Source: Alkalispirochaeta sp. (GTDB lineage: Bacteria > Spirochaetota > Spirochaetia > DSM-27196 > Alkalispirochaetaceae). Taken from it: a stretch of DNA of 64,000 bases. The stretch covers positions 96,001 to 160,000 of the forward strand of contig CBDESZ010000004.1 in assembly GCA_965242725.1 (NCBI GenBank). The letters run 5' to 3'. A program made the position numbers and the translations under genes. Positions 19,481-28,577 of this stretch are shown one piece after another; position 1 is the stretch's first letter, and each line of letters opens with the position of its first letter. The notes under the pieces were generated by a model that searched no databases, was not told where the DNA came from, and saw only the letters and a program-made list of their open reading frames with translations.

Positions 19481-19655
19481 TCAGCCGCCGAATCCCACAA
19501 GACGTGGAAGCCAGAGTACGATGTCGGGAACATAGGTACAGAGCAACAGTACCGCTACGAGGGGTACGATAAAGATCATAACTTCCCGATAGAGTGATTG
19601 TAACGGGATATCGCCGACTTTGCTCGTTAAAAAAAGCGACCGAAAGGGGGGCGGC
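19481..19655 (-). pseudogene. C-terminal remnant of a TRAP large permease (DctM-like)
   Basis: PPF..LFLTSKVGDIPLQSLYREVMIFIVPLVAVLLLCTYVPDIVLWLPRLVGFGG* resembles the last helices of DctM. The rest of the gene is absent. Confidence 0.7.
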
Positions 19656-19675
19656 GAGTTTACGCCTTCCCCGCG
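19629..19675 (-). terminator. Possible terminator of the efflux operon
   Basis: Imperfect stem GGGGAAGGCG-taaact-CGCCGCCCCC, with a T7 tract about 10 nt later on the minus strand. Confidence 0.35.
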
Positions 19676-19679
19676 ACAT

Positions 19680-21041
19680 CTACGGCAAATCCGCCCCGTG
19701 TCCCGTTGCGCGCTGCCAGTCAAAATAGGCGCTCAGATAGTCAAACACCGCGGAGACGTTGCTCAACCGCGCCTGTTCAAGGCTGACCCGGGCGTCCTCA
19801 AGTTCAAGTTGCGTCGCAAGACCGCTCGTTACCGAACTCTGGGTGACCGCATAGGCTTCCTCCGCCGTAGCCACCGTCTGCTCTGCCGACTCTATCCGCT
19901 GAGACGCCTCCCGAAGGGTAAGGCGGATGTTTTCCAGCTCCGTGAAAATATCCTCCTCTTTCTGGCTGATCTGTGTATGGGTCTTTCGCAACTCCAGCCG
20001 GGCCTGCTCCATCTGGGCAAAACGGCTCCCTCCGTAGAAAACCGGAATCGTCAGGTTGAGACCAAAGGTGAGGGTATCCGTGGGATCGCTGAAGTCAAAC
20101 TCGTCACTGCCGGCCTGCATCCCGTAGGATGCCGTCGCACTGAGGCTGGGGAAGAAGGTTGCCCGCTTTGCATCGATATTTATTTCCCGGAGTTTCCGCT
20201 CGCTGAGAAGAATCTGGAAATCGGGACGATTATCCGTCGCTTCACCGAGTGTGACCGCCGCGGGCAGCTCCGGATAGTCATCCAGGCCTCCAACCAGGGT
20301 GACATCCATGTCATTGGGAAGACCGGCGAGGTTTTTCAGATTCTGAAGCACCAGCTGATGGTTCCGCTCGGCCTGCGTTGTGGCGGGACGGGTTATTTTC
20401 CAGTTCACCTCGGCCCTGAGTACCTCCATGCGTGATGCTACCCCGTTGTTGAAACGATTCTGCACCTGCAGGTAGTTCCGATACGCAAGCTCTTCCGAGG
20501 AGCGCCGGACGGCAAGGACCTCACCCAGAAGGAGCGCCCGGTAGAAGAGGCGCTTTGCCTCGGTAACCAGGCCCTGTCGCGTCGCCTCAAAGGCGGTGTC
20601 GGTGAGGGTCGTGTACTGCTCACTCGCCTCCAGGCCGCGAAAGACGCTCATGTCAAAGAGTTTCTGAGAGAGGGAGAAACCGAGGGAAAGCTGGTTGTCG
20701 GTGTTTACGTCCACGTCCTGGTATACGAGGGGGTAGATGCCTGGCTGTATTTGTACATTCCCATTCGCGGCAACCGGAACCGCCTGTTCAATGTCCAGAA
20801 GGTTTCTTGTATAGCCGATCTGGCCGCCCACATTGGGGTAGAGCTGGGAACGGGTGAGCCGCTCCTGCACCGCGGCGAGGGAGCGGTCGGTCCGTGCCGA
20901 TTCCAGCTCCAGGCTGTTGGTTTCCACCAGACTGATGAACTCCTCAAGCGTGACCGACCGCTCCTGCGCGAAAAGGAGCAGGGGCATGCAGAGAAGAGCG
21001 GCGATCATTACGGTCTGTCTGATGGGAGTGTTATTTTTCAT
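19680..21041 (-). CDS. TolC-family outer-membrane efflux protein
   Basis: Signal peptide, two OEP repeats (YPNVGG, FFPSLSA), GLATQLELEDAR. Last gene of the RND operon. Confidence 0.9.
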   Translation of the reverse strand: MKNNTPIRQTVMIAALLCMPLLLFAQERSVTLEEFISLVETNSLELESARTDRSLAAVQERLTRSQLYPNVGGQIGYTRNLLDIEQAVPVAANGNVQIQPGIYPLVYQDVDVNTDNQLSLGFSLSQKLFDMSVFRGLEASEQYTTLTDTAFEATRQGLVTEAKRLFYRALLLGEVLAVRRSSEELAYRNYLQVQNRFNNGVASRMEVLRAEVNWKITRPATTQAERNHQLVLQNLKNLAGLPNDMDVTLVGGLDDYPELPAAVTLGEATDNRPDFQILLSERKLREINIDAKRATFFPSLSATASYGMQAGSDEFDFSDPTDTLTFGLNLTIPVFYGGSRFAQMEQARLELRKTHTQISQKEEDIFTELENIRLTLREASQRIESAEQTVATAEEAYAVTQSSVTSGLATQLELEDARVSLEQARLSNVSAVFDYLSAYFDWQRATGHGADLP

Positions 21042-24000
21042 CGGTTACCTTCCTTGCCTTCAGTGCGCCGCTTGGGACGTACCCGTTTTGATTCGATGAG
21101 GTTTTCCAGTGCGGGAATGACAAAAAGTGAGAGAAAGGTTGCCGCCAGGAGTCCTCCGATACTGACCAGCCCCATGGGTTGTCGCATTTCCGCTCCCCAC
21201 GCGCCGATTCCGAGCGCCATGGGAAGCATACCGAGCATGGTCGCGATATTGGCCATGAGAATCGGCTTGAGTTTGGTCGGTGCCGCCTCAAGGAGCGCCT
21301 CCCGCACGCCCCTGCCCTGGGCGCGGAGCTGGTTGGTGTAGTCCAGTATAAGAATTGCATTGTTTACGACAAGACCGACGAGCATGACGATGGCGAGCAT
21401 GGACACGATATTCATCGTGCTTCCCGTAACAAGCATGATTCCCGCCACGCCGATCAGCGAGAGAGGTACCGTGGAAAGAATCAGTATCGGTTGCCGATAC
21501 CGTTCCAGGATCGCCGCAAGGAGCATATAGGTAAGTACCACGGCGAGAACAAAGACAAATACAAACTCCTGAACCGTTTCATTGAGGAGTTCCGCATCGC
21601 CGCCCCAGGAGAGCTGATAGCCCGCGGGCGATTCCAGTGCGGCAAAAGCGTCTTCTATCGGACCCTGCACCTCGCCGAGGACAAATCCCGGTTTCAGGTC
21701 AGCCGTATACTGGATTGACAGGACCTTGTCTTCCCGGAGTATCTGGTTGACCCCCTGGGTCAGTTCAACGTCCGCAAAGTGACCGAGGGGATACAATCCT
21801 GCCCGGGTGGGAATGACGATGTTCCTGATATTTTCCAGCCCTGAAACGTCGTCATCCCTGAGGGTTACCCGGATGTCGTACTCCTCTCCACCCTGACGAA
21901 AGGTGGTCATGACGATTCCCTCCACGGCGGCACGGGTCGTTGTGGCAAGTTGCTGTACCGTCAGGCCGGCTTCGTTGATTCTGCGCCGGTGAGGGTGAAA
22001 GACAACTTCCGGTTTCCCCTGTTTACTTGAAGAGTCCACATTGACCAGTCCGGGAATTTCCGCCAGGCGAGGCCGAAGTTCTTCCGCGAGGTTGGTCAGA
22101 ATTGTGGAATCGCTTCCCTGCAGAAAAAAGGTGACCGGTGCCACACTCTGTCCGCCGAAACCGCTTGAAGAAGAGACCCTGATTCGTGCGCCCGGTACGG
22201 CGGCGAGATCCTCACCCATTCTCGCGGCGATGATCGTATCCCTGTCGCGCTCATCCTGGTCAATGAGCTCGATATTCATCGATGCCAGATTGGTTCCGGT
22301 ATCGGTACTTCCGAGGGATCCCAGGGATGTAACCACCGTGACGACCTCATCATTTCGGGCGATCCGGTTTTCTACGCCTTCAAGTATTCTTGCGGTCTCC
22401 GAAAGTTCCGTACCGGGGGCAAGTTCCACCTCAACCGCCAGCCGTCCCTGATCCATGGCGGGCTGAAACTCAAAGGGTATTCGACTGAAGGCGGTGAGGG
22501 CCAGAACAAAAATACCCAGCGTGCCGAGTATCAGTACCGCACTTCTCGGTTTGCTGTGAAGTACCTTTTCGAGGAGGAAATGGTATCCCCGTTCCAGTGT
22601 ATGGATACGGTTCTCCAGCCACTCTCCGACGGGGTGCTTTTTTTTATCCACCTCGGGAAGGAGCTTTGACGCGAGCATCGGAGTAAGGGTGAAGGATATG
22701 AGCATCGAAAAGAGGGTGGTAAAGGTCACCGCCAGGGCAAACTCCCTGAGGAAAAGTCCCGCGATACCGCTCATCGTCGCCATAGGAAGAAAGACGGCCA
22801 CATTGGTCAGCGTCGAGGCGATTACCGCAACGGTGACCTCCGCGGTACCCCGGTCGGCGGCGGTCCGACGGTCGTGTCCCATCTCCTTATGCCGAAAGAT
22901 GTTCTCCAGGACGACCACGGAGTTCATGACGAGGACGCCAACGGCGGTGGCGACGCCCATGAGAGACATGAGATTCAGCGACATGCCGAATGCACGCATC
23001 ACCATGAACGACGGTATGATGGACATGGGCATCGCCAGGGCGACGATGAGGGTCGAGCGCAGGTCATGGAGAAAGAGAAGGAGGAGCAGGGCGGTAAACC
23101 CGATTCCCATGAAAATATTGGAGAGTGTATCGTCCACGCTACCCTGTACCGCCACGGAGTCGTCGCTGATGATCGTGAGGGTCACGTCTTCGGGAAGCAT
23201 CCGTTCAATTTCGGGAAGGACCCGTCTCACGGCGTCGGCGATTTCCACGGGATTTCCGTCGGGGCTTTTGATCAGACCGATGAGGACGGTATTGGGATCC
23301 CGCTCCCCCGTTTGCCGATTGAACAGGATCGTCCTGCTCCGCACATCTTCTCCGGCATCCCGTACGGCCGCCAGCGTTCCGAGCCTCCGGCTCCCTTCAC
23401 CAACGGGGATCTCAATGTTTTCAATGTCCTCCAGGGCGTTGAACTGCCCCTCCAGACGCAGGGAAAAATCCCGGCCCTGGGACTGCATATTCCCCGCCGG
23501 CATGTCGAGGTTGGCGGCGGCGAGTATCTGGCCAACCTGGGCAAGGTTGATCGCATTCTCGTACACCACCCTGTTGTCAAATTCGACACGAATTTCCCGC
23601 TCGCGGTCGCCGGAAATGGAGACGCGGCCCACTCCGGCGATACGGGAAAGTTGATCCTTCACGGTGGTCTGGGCCATTTCCCCCAGTTCCACGGCGTCAA
23701 AGTCACCGCCCAGTACCAGCTGAATGATGGGAAAAGCGGTGATATCGACCTTTTCGACGATCGGAGTCTGGGCGTCGCCGGGCAGGTCGTTGAGTATCGC
23801 GTCAATCTTGTCTTTGACTTCCCTGGTCGCCACGTCGGCGTTCTTGGAAAGATCAAATTCCATAATGACGATGGAGGCGCTGTCGAGACTGTAGGACTGG
23901 ATATTATTGATTTGACTGATGGTGCTGACTTCGTCTTCGATGAGCTGGGTGATTTGCGTCGAGACCTGTTCCGGTCCCGCCCCGGGGTAGACCGTCTGGA

Positions 24001-24139
24001 TCGTTACATAGGGTACCTCCAGGTCCGGCATGAGATTGAGGGGAAGGCCGAGGAATCCGATAACGCCGAAGAGGAGGAGCGCCGCAAGGACCATCGTCAT
24101 GAGGACGGGTCTGCCTATTGAAAGTCTTGAAAGAAACAC
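21038..24139 (-). CDS. RND efflux permease (AcrB/MdtB-like)
   Basis: 1033 aa; SIGRPV, YPGAGPEQV, LTPML and LKPILMA..AT.LGMLPMA motifs. Confidence 0.95.
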   Translation of the reverse strand: MFLSRLSIGRPVLMTMVLAALLLFGVIGFLGLPLNLMPDLEVPYVTIQTVYPGAGPEQVSTQITQLIEDEVSTISQINNIQSYSLDSASIVIMEFDLSKNADVATREVKDKIDAILNDLPGDAQTPIVEKVDITAFPIIQLVLGGDFDAVELGEMAQTTVKDQLSRIAGVGRVSISGDREREIRVEFDNRVVYENAINLAQVGQILAAANLDMPAGNMQSQGRDFSLRLEGQFNALEDIENIEIPVGEGSRRLGTLAAVRDAGEDVRSRTILFNRQTGERDPNTVLIGLIKSPDGNPVEIADAVRRVLPEIERMLPEDVTLTIISDDSVAVQGSVDDTLSNIFMGIGFTALLLLLFLHDLRSTLIVALAMPMSIIPSFMVMRAFGMSLNLMSLMGVATAVGVLVMNSVVVLENIFRHKEMGHDRRTAADRGTAEVTVAVIASTLTNVAVFLPMATMSGIAGLFLREFALAVTFTTLFSMLISFTLTPMLASKLLPEVDKKKHPVGEWLENRIHTLERGYHFLLEKVLHSKPRSAVLILGTLGIFVLALTAFSRIPFEFQPAMDQGRLAVEVELAPGTELSETARILEGVENRIARNDEVVTVVTSLGSLGSTDTGTNLASMNIELIDQDERDRDTIIAARMGEDLAAVPGARIRVSSSSGFGGQSVAPVTFFLQGSDSTILTNLAEELRPRLAEIPGLVNVDSSSKQGKPEVVFHPHRRRINEAGLTVQQLATTTRAAVEGIVMTTFRQGGEEYDIRVTLRDDDVSGLENIRNIVIPTRAGLYPLGHFADVELTQGVNQILREDKVLSIQYTADLKPGFVLGEVQGPIEDAFAALESPAGYQLSWGGDAELLNETVQEFVFVFVLAVVLTYMLLAAILERYRQPILILSTVPLSLIGVAGIMLVTGSTMNIVSMLAIVMLVGLVVNNAILILDYTNQLRAQGRGVREALLEAAPTKLKPILMANIATMLGMLPMALGIGAWGAEMRQPMGLVSIGGLLAATFLSLFVIPALENLIESKRVRPKRRTEGKEGNR

Positions 24140-24151
24140 TGATCCGGCTCC

Positions 24152-25216
24152 TTATATTCTGCCCTGCACAAGCGGGGCCTCTTCTTCAGCTATCCGGACA
24201 CGTGCGCCGTCGCGAACCTGGTCCATTCCGACCGTTATGACCCGCTCGCCCGATTCGAGGCCGCTCAGGATTTCCATATAGAGCCCCTGCCGTCTGCCGA
24301 TTTCGACATACTCCTTGACTGCCCGACCATCCTGTACGGTGTAGATAAAGCGGCCGTTGCTGTCGCTGCGCAGCTCCCGGTCCCGGATGATCACCGTTTC
24401 ATCGGATTCCGACGTCTGTAAATCGATCGTGGCGGTGACGCCGCTTCTCACGGTGCGGTCCGGATTTTCAAAACGAAGTTTCGCCGCAAAGGCGCTTCGA
24501 TTCTGATCCATTGCCATATCCACCTGAATGACGCTGCCCTGGAGAACTGTATCCCGCCATACCGCCGTAGCCGGCTGTCCCACCACGACCTCTTCAATTT
24601 GCTCATCCGTCAGCCACACCGTACCCTTGAGGCGGTCGTAGTCGGAAACGGTGAAGAGGGGATCGCCGGGATTGACGTTGTCCGACTCGAGCACGTTGAT
24701 CCGGGTGATATATCCGCTTATGGGCGCCCTGACCTGCATCATTTGCTGTACCGATTCCCAGTTTGCCCGGGCGATCTCGTACTGCGTCCTGGCGTTGTCA
24801 AAATCCTGGCGGGAAACGCCCTGGTCCTCATAGAGCCGTCTCGTCCGCTCAAAAGCCTGCTGCGCGTTTTGAAAGCTTGCCCGGGCCTGCTCGTAGTTCA
24901 GTGAGGGATTGTCGGAAGGAAAAATAACGACGGGGGTGCCTTCTTCCACGTAGTCACCGACCTGAAAACGGACCTCCGCCACCTCGTCACTCAGGAGGGA
25001 CGTTGCAGTCGACTCCTGGGAGCCGGAAAGGGTGCCGGTAAACCTTAGGTACGTCCTGAACGGCGTCGGTTCCACCGTGCGTACATTGACGGGCACTCCC
25101 TCCGACTCGTGAACTTCCTCAACGCTTCTTACGACGTTTCCCTCTTCCTGGGAACACCCGATGAACAGGCTCAGGAGAGCCAGGGTTGCGAGGGTTGTAT
25201 ATATTCTGTTTTTCAT
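24152..25216 (-). CDS. RND periplasmic adaptor (MFP), lipoprotein
   Basis: Lipobox FIGC; VGDYVEEG, VRAPISG and GLESGERVI motifs. Confidence 0.92.
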   Translation of the reverse strand: MKNRIYTTLATLALLSLFIGCSQEEGNVVRSVEEVHESEGVPVNVRTVEPTPFRTYLRFTGTLSGSQESTATSLLSDEVAEVRFQVGDYVEEGTPVVIFPSDNPSLNYEQARASFQNAQQAFERTRRLYEDQGVSRQDFDNARTQYEIARANWESVQQMMQVRAPISGYITRINVLESDNVNPGDPLFTVSDYDRLKGTVWLTDEQIEEVVVGQPATAVWRDTVLQGSVIQVDMAMDQNRSAFAAKLRFENPDRTVRSGVTATIDLQTSESDETVIIRDRELRSDSNGRFIYTVQDGRAVKEYVEIGRRQGLYMEILSGLESGERVITVGMDQVRDGARVRIAEEEAPLVQGRI

Positions 25217-25857
25217 CGTTCAGTCCTCTTGTATTGGTTGGTAGTGCAGGATTTCCCATCCTCTGCCGGTTTCAGTCCCCGGACGATAAAGTCCGCAACT
25301 TGTTCTATTCTCTCTGCGTTCAGGGAGTCGGGATCTTCGATGAGCTGTACAAATGCCCCGCTGATGACGGAGGCGAGACAGAATTTCGCCGTTTCACCGT
25401 CCCAGCCGGTATATATTTCACCTTTCCCGGCGGCCTTTTCAAAAATGCCAAAGATATCGGTCTTCTCCGTGTTTACCACCGCCCTCATGGAACTGCCGGG
25501 ATTGTTCCTGTTGAGGGTCGACCTTAGAATGATCTCCTGCATCGCCCGCCACTCATCGTCCGCGGCAAAGCGATTGAGCAGGCGAATGATGAATCTCCGG
25601 ACCGACGCGGGCAGTGAGTCCCCGTCCAGCTCCGTTCTGACCAGTTCATCGTAGTAGCTTGAAAGGCGGCTCATGATCTCTTCAATAAAGGAATCCTTGC
25701 TCTTGAAGTGCCAGTAAATTGCGCCCCTTGTCACTCCGGCGCGGCGTGCCACATCGTTGAGCGTGGCTGCGGCAAATCCCTTTTCGGAAAAGACGCGCAG
25801 TCCCGCCCGGAAAATCTCCTGTCGTGTTTGTTCAGCTTCTTCTTTTGTTCGTCTCAT
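25213..25857 (-). CDS. TetR/AcrR-family repressor
   Basis: MRRTKEEAEQTRQEI and HTH VARRAGVTRGAIYWHFKSK. Start set at ATG 25857. Confidence 0.93.
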   Translation of the reverse strand: MRRTKEEAEQTRQEIFRAGLRVFSEKGFAAATLNDVARRAGVTRGAIYWHFKSKDSFIEEIMSRLSSYYDELVRTELDGDSLPASVRRFIIRLLNRFAADDEWRAMQEIILRSTLNRNNPGSSMRAVVNTEKTDIFGIFEKAAGKGEIYTGWDGETAKFCLASVISGAFVQLIEDPDSLNAERIEQVADFIVRGLKPAEDGKSCTTNQYKRTER

Positions 25858-25859
25858 GT

Positions 25860-25908
25860 TATTTACGTTCGAGTATGTATGTATAATAACGTGTTCGCCT
25901 GAAGTCAA
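25860..25908 (-). promoter_or_regulatory. Promoter with an AcrR-like operator over its -10
   Basis: TTGACT (25908-25903), 17 bp spacer, TATACA. The imperfect 24-bp inverted repeat TACATACATACTCGAACGTAAATA (25883-25860) shares the TACATACAT half-site of the E. coli AcrR operator. Confidence 0.65.
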
Positions 25909-25931
25909 TAAAAATGAGTAAACTTCTCACA

Positions 25932-27128
25932 ATGAATGGGGCAAAACCGAGAGAAATATCCCTGAAGGATGCGCGGAGGCTTGCACTGAACAGACCGGGG
26001 TTGCTGCATGCCGGGAAATTCGGGCGGGGCAGGGGCGCCGTAGCTCGAGCGGTTGAACAACTCGGCTACGTGCAGATCGATACGATCTCCGTCGTCGACC
26101 GGGCACATCATCACGTACTTAAGAGCCGGGTGCCGGGATATCGGGAGGAGATGATAGAACGACTGGTCCGCGACGATAAAAGGGTATTCGAATACTGGTC
26201 CCATGCGGCGGCGTACCTGCCGATGTCGGACTATCGATATTCCCGGCCGATGATGGAGGGGTACGAGCGAACCCGTGGCGTGGACCAGGCGCTGGCGGCG
26301 GACATTCTCGACCGCATCCGACGGGAAGGTCCCCTCCAGGCCCGCGACTTCGATCCTCCCGAGGGGCGTACGTCATCAGGATGGTGGGACTGGAAGCCTG
26401 CAAAGCGTGTCCTGGAACACCTCTTCCTGTCGGGGAGACTCATGATCGCCCGGCGGGAGGGGTTTCAGAAAGTCTATGACCTCACCGAACATGTGCTCCC
26501 CTCCACAGTGAATACGGCAATGCCTGCCGTCGCGGAGTGGTCCCGTCACCTCGTCCTGCGTGTGCTCCGCGGGTATGGCATAGCCACGGCGCGCAATATC
26601 ACGACGGCGTGCCGGACGGCGGGACACTTCATCAAGAGAAACGTGAAAGCCGATATTCATACCGCAATCGACAGCCTTCTCACCGACGGCGAAATCGAAT
26701 CCCTGTCATGTGACGGACAGACGTGGTATGCAATTACCGGCGCGGTGGAAGAGCTCCCGGCGCGCCTGCCCCGACGGGCAGTGCGATTTCTTTCGCCCTT
26801 TGACCACGCCGTCATCGACCGCCGCCGCACAAGGGACCTCTTTGGATTTGACTATCAAATTGAATGCTATGTGCCAAAGGCAAAACGCACATACGGATAT
26901 TACTGTCTGCCCATCCTGTGGGGAGACGAGTTCATCGGGCGTATGGACGCAAAAGCGATACGACAAACCGGCACCTTTGAGGTGCGTGGGCTCTTTCTCG
27001 AACCCCGCGTCACCGTCGGCGAGCGCCTCCGGGCCGCCCTTGGTGACGGGCTGCGGTACCTGGCGGAGTCGCACGGGTGTGAGTCGATAATTTTGCCGCC
27101 GGGTGATCGGTCATGGGTGGCGCTGTAA
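25932..27128 (+). CDS. ycaQ: HTH_42/AlkZ-family DNA glycosylase, YcaQ-like (crosslink repair)
   Basis: Catalytic QxD (VQIDTISVV), FEYWSHAA, WWDWKPAK, LSPFD and GRMDAK motifs. Start is 25932 or 25914. Confidence 0.88.
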   Translation: MNGAKPREISLKDARRLALNRPGLLHAGKFGRGRGAVARAVEQLGYVQIDTISVVDRAHHHVLKSRVPGYREEMIERLVRDDKRVFEYWSHAAAYLPMSDYRYSRPMMEGYERTRGVDQALAADILDRIRREGPLQARDFDPPEGRTSSGWWDWKPAKRVLEHLFLSGRLMIARREGFQKVYDLTEHVLPSTVNTAMPAVAEWSRHLVLRVLRGYGIATARNITTACRTAGHFIKRNVKADIHTAIDSLLTDGEIESLSCDGQTWYAITGAVEELPARLPRRAVRFLSPFDHAVIDRRRTRDLFGFDYQIECYVPKAKRTYGYYCLPILWGDEFIGRMDAKAIRQTGTFEVRGLFLEPRVTVGERLRAALGDGLRYLAESHGCESIILPPGDRSWVAL

Positions 27129-27310
27129 CGTCGCATATCCGATGAACTCGAATGGATTATTGTCTTTTGTGTACTCGCCCTGATCTTGTCCTCATAGAGC
27201 AGACATTTCATTGACGCATTGATAAGGCGGCTTCCTTCCTTCGTATTGCCCCGTGAGGGGGATAATACAGAGGCGTGGTTATCACGCAAATATCTGTAAG
27301 GGGGACGCTT

Positions 27311-28528
27311 ATGAGTAGTGTCAAAATCTCTGCATCGATTTTCGGAAAGTGTTTTGATTGGAACGTGGCAGCGGAGGCACGGAAGCGGGGAATATATCCC
27401 TTTTTTCGTCCGATCGACGGGATACGGGGAACACGGGTGATGATCGAGGGAAGGGAGTTGATTATGGCCGGTTCCAATAACTATCTCGGCCTCGCAACGG
27501 ATTCCCGCGTGAAAGAACGCGCCGTCGCCGCCCTCAGGGAATACGGTTCAAGTTGCTCCGGTTCCCGATTCATGAACGGTACCCTCGCCCTTCACGAAGA
27601 GCTCGAGAGACGTCTGGCTGCATTTGTCGGCAAGGAAGGGGCGGTCTGTTTCACCACGGGGTATCAGACAAACCTCGGCGCGATATCGGCGCTCGTCGGG
27701 AGGGGTGATCACGTCATTTCCGATAAGTATAACCACGCGTCGATCATGGACGGGATATTTATGACGAGCGGGATTGCTAAACCGGTGAACGTGCATCGCT
27801 ATAGACACAACAACATGGAAGACCTGGAGAAGGTATTACGACGTATCCCCATCGAAGAGTCGAAGCTCATTGTTACCGACGGTGTTTTTTCCATGGAAGG
27901 GGATATCGTCGATCTGCCGACGATCCGCGCACTCGCCGATCAATACAACGCCGCTGTCTACCTCGATGAGGCCCATGCGATCGGTGTCGTCGGCGAGACC
28001 GGACGCGGCGTTTGTGAATATTTTCATGATCCCGATCTCGCGGATCTCATCATGTGCACATTCAGCAAGAGTTTCGGTTCCATCGGCGGGTTTGTCGCCG
28101 GCGATGAACGGGTTATCGACTATATAAAGCATTTCGCCAGGCCCTTGATCTTCAGCGCGAGTATCCCGCCGGCAAATCTCGGCGCCGCCCTGGCAGCCCT
28201 GGAAATTATGGAAGAAGAACCGGAGCGCGTGAGCCGTTTGCAGAGGATCGCCGGGAAGATGATTCAGGGCTTTTCCGATCTCGGATTCAATATCGGTCCC
28301 ACGGAAACGCCGATCGTACCCTTGATTTTCGGCGACAACGACAAGACCTTTCTGTTCTGGAAGTCCATGTTTGACCGTGGAATCTACGTCAATCCCGTCA
28401 TCAGTCCCGCTGTTCCACCAAACCGTGCACTGATCAGGACAAGCTACATGGCTATCCATGACGACGACGACCTCAATCAAATTCTCTATATCGCCGGAGA
28501 AGAGGCCAAACGACTCGGGCTCATTTGA
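27311..28528 (+). CDS. PLP-dependent alpha-oxoamine synthase, serine-palmitoyltransferase-like
   Basis: GIYPFFR, GSNNYLGL, GSRFMNGT, HASIMDG, DEAH, TFSKS (PLP Lys) and IFSAS motifs. Confidence 0.8.
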   Translation: MSSVKISASIFGKCFDWNVAAEARKRGIYPFFRPIDGIRGTRVMIEGRELIMAGSNNYLGLATDSRVKERAVAALREYGSSCSGSRFMNGTLALHEELERRLAAFVGKEGAVCFTTGYQTNLGAISALVGRGDHVISDKYNHASIMDGIFMTSGIAKPVNVHRYRHNNMEDLEKVLRRIPIEESKLIVTDGVFSMEGDIVDLPTIRALADQYNAAVYLDEAHAIGVVGETGRGVCEYFHDPDLADLIMCTFSKSFGSIGGFVAGDERVIDYIKHFARPLIFSASIPPANLGAALAALEIMEEEPERVSRLQRIAGKMIQGFSDLGFNIGPTETPIVPLIFGDNDKTFLFWKSMFDRGIYVNPVISPAVPPNRALIRTSYMAIHDDDDLNQILYIAGEEAKRLGLI

Positions 28529-28535
28529 TCGGTTC

Positions 28536-28565
28536 CGGCCTTCCCGCCGATGGCGGGAGACCGGC
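28536..28565. terminator. Hairpin between convergent genes
   Basis: CCGG..TCCCGCC-gat-GGCGGGA..CCGG. Confidence 0.5.
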
Positions 28566-28577
28566 TCACAATGTCGG

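Noticed and set aside
19446..19679. N-terminal extension of the dehydrogenase given by the ORF track (start 19679)
   Set aside because: Family similarity and an SD begin at ATG 19445. The upstream stretch is better explained by the dctM remnant in another frame.
27129..27310. Small ORFs or an RNA element upstream of the SPT-like gene
   Set aside because: Only very short frames without an SD, and no convincing structure.
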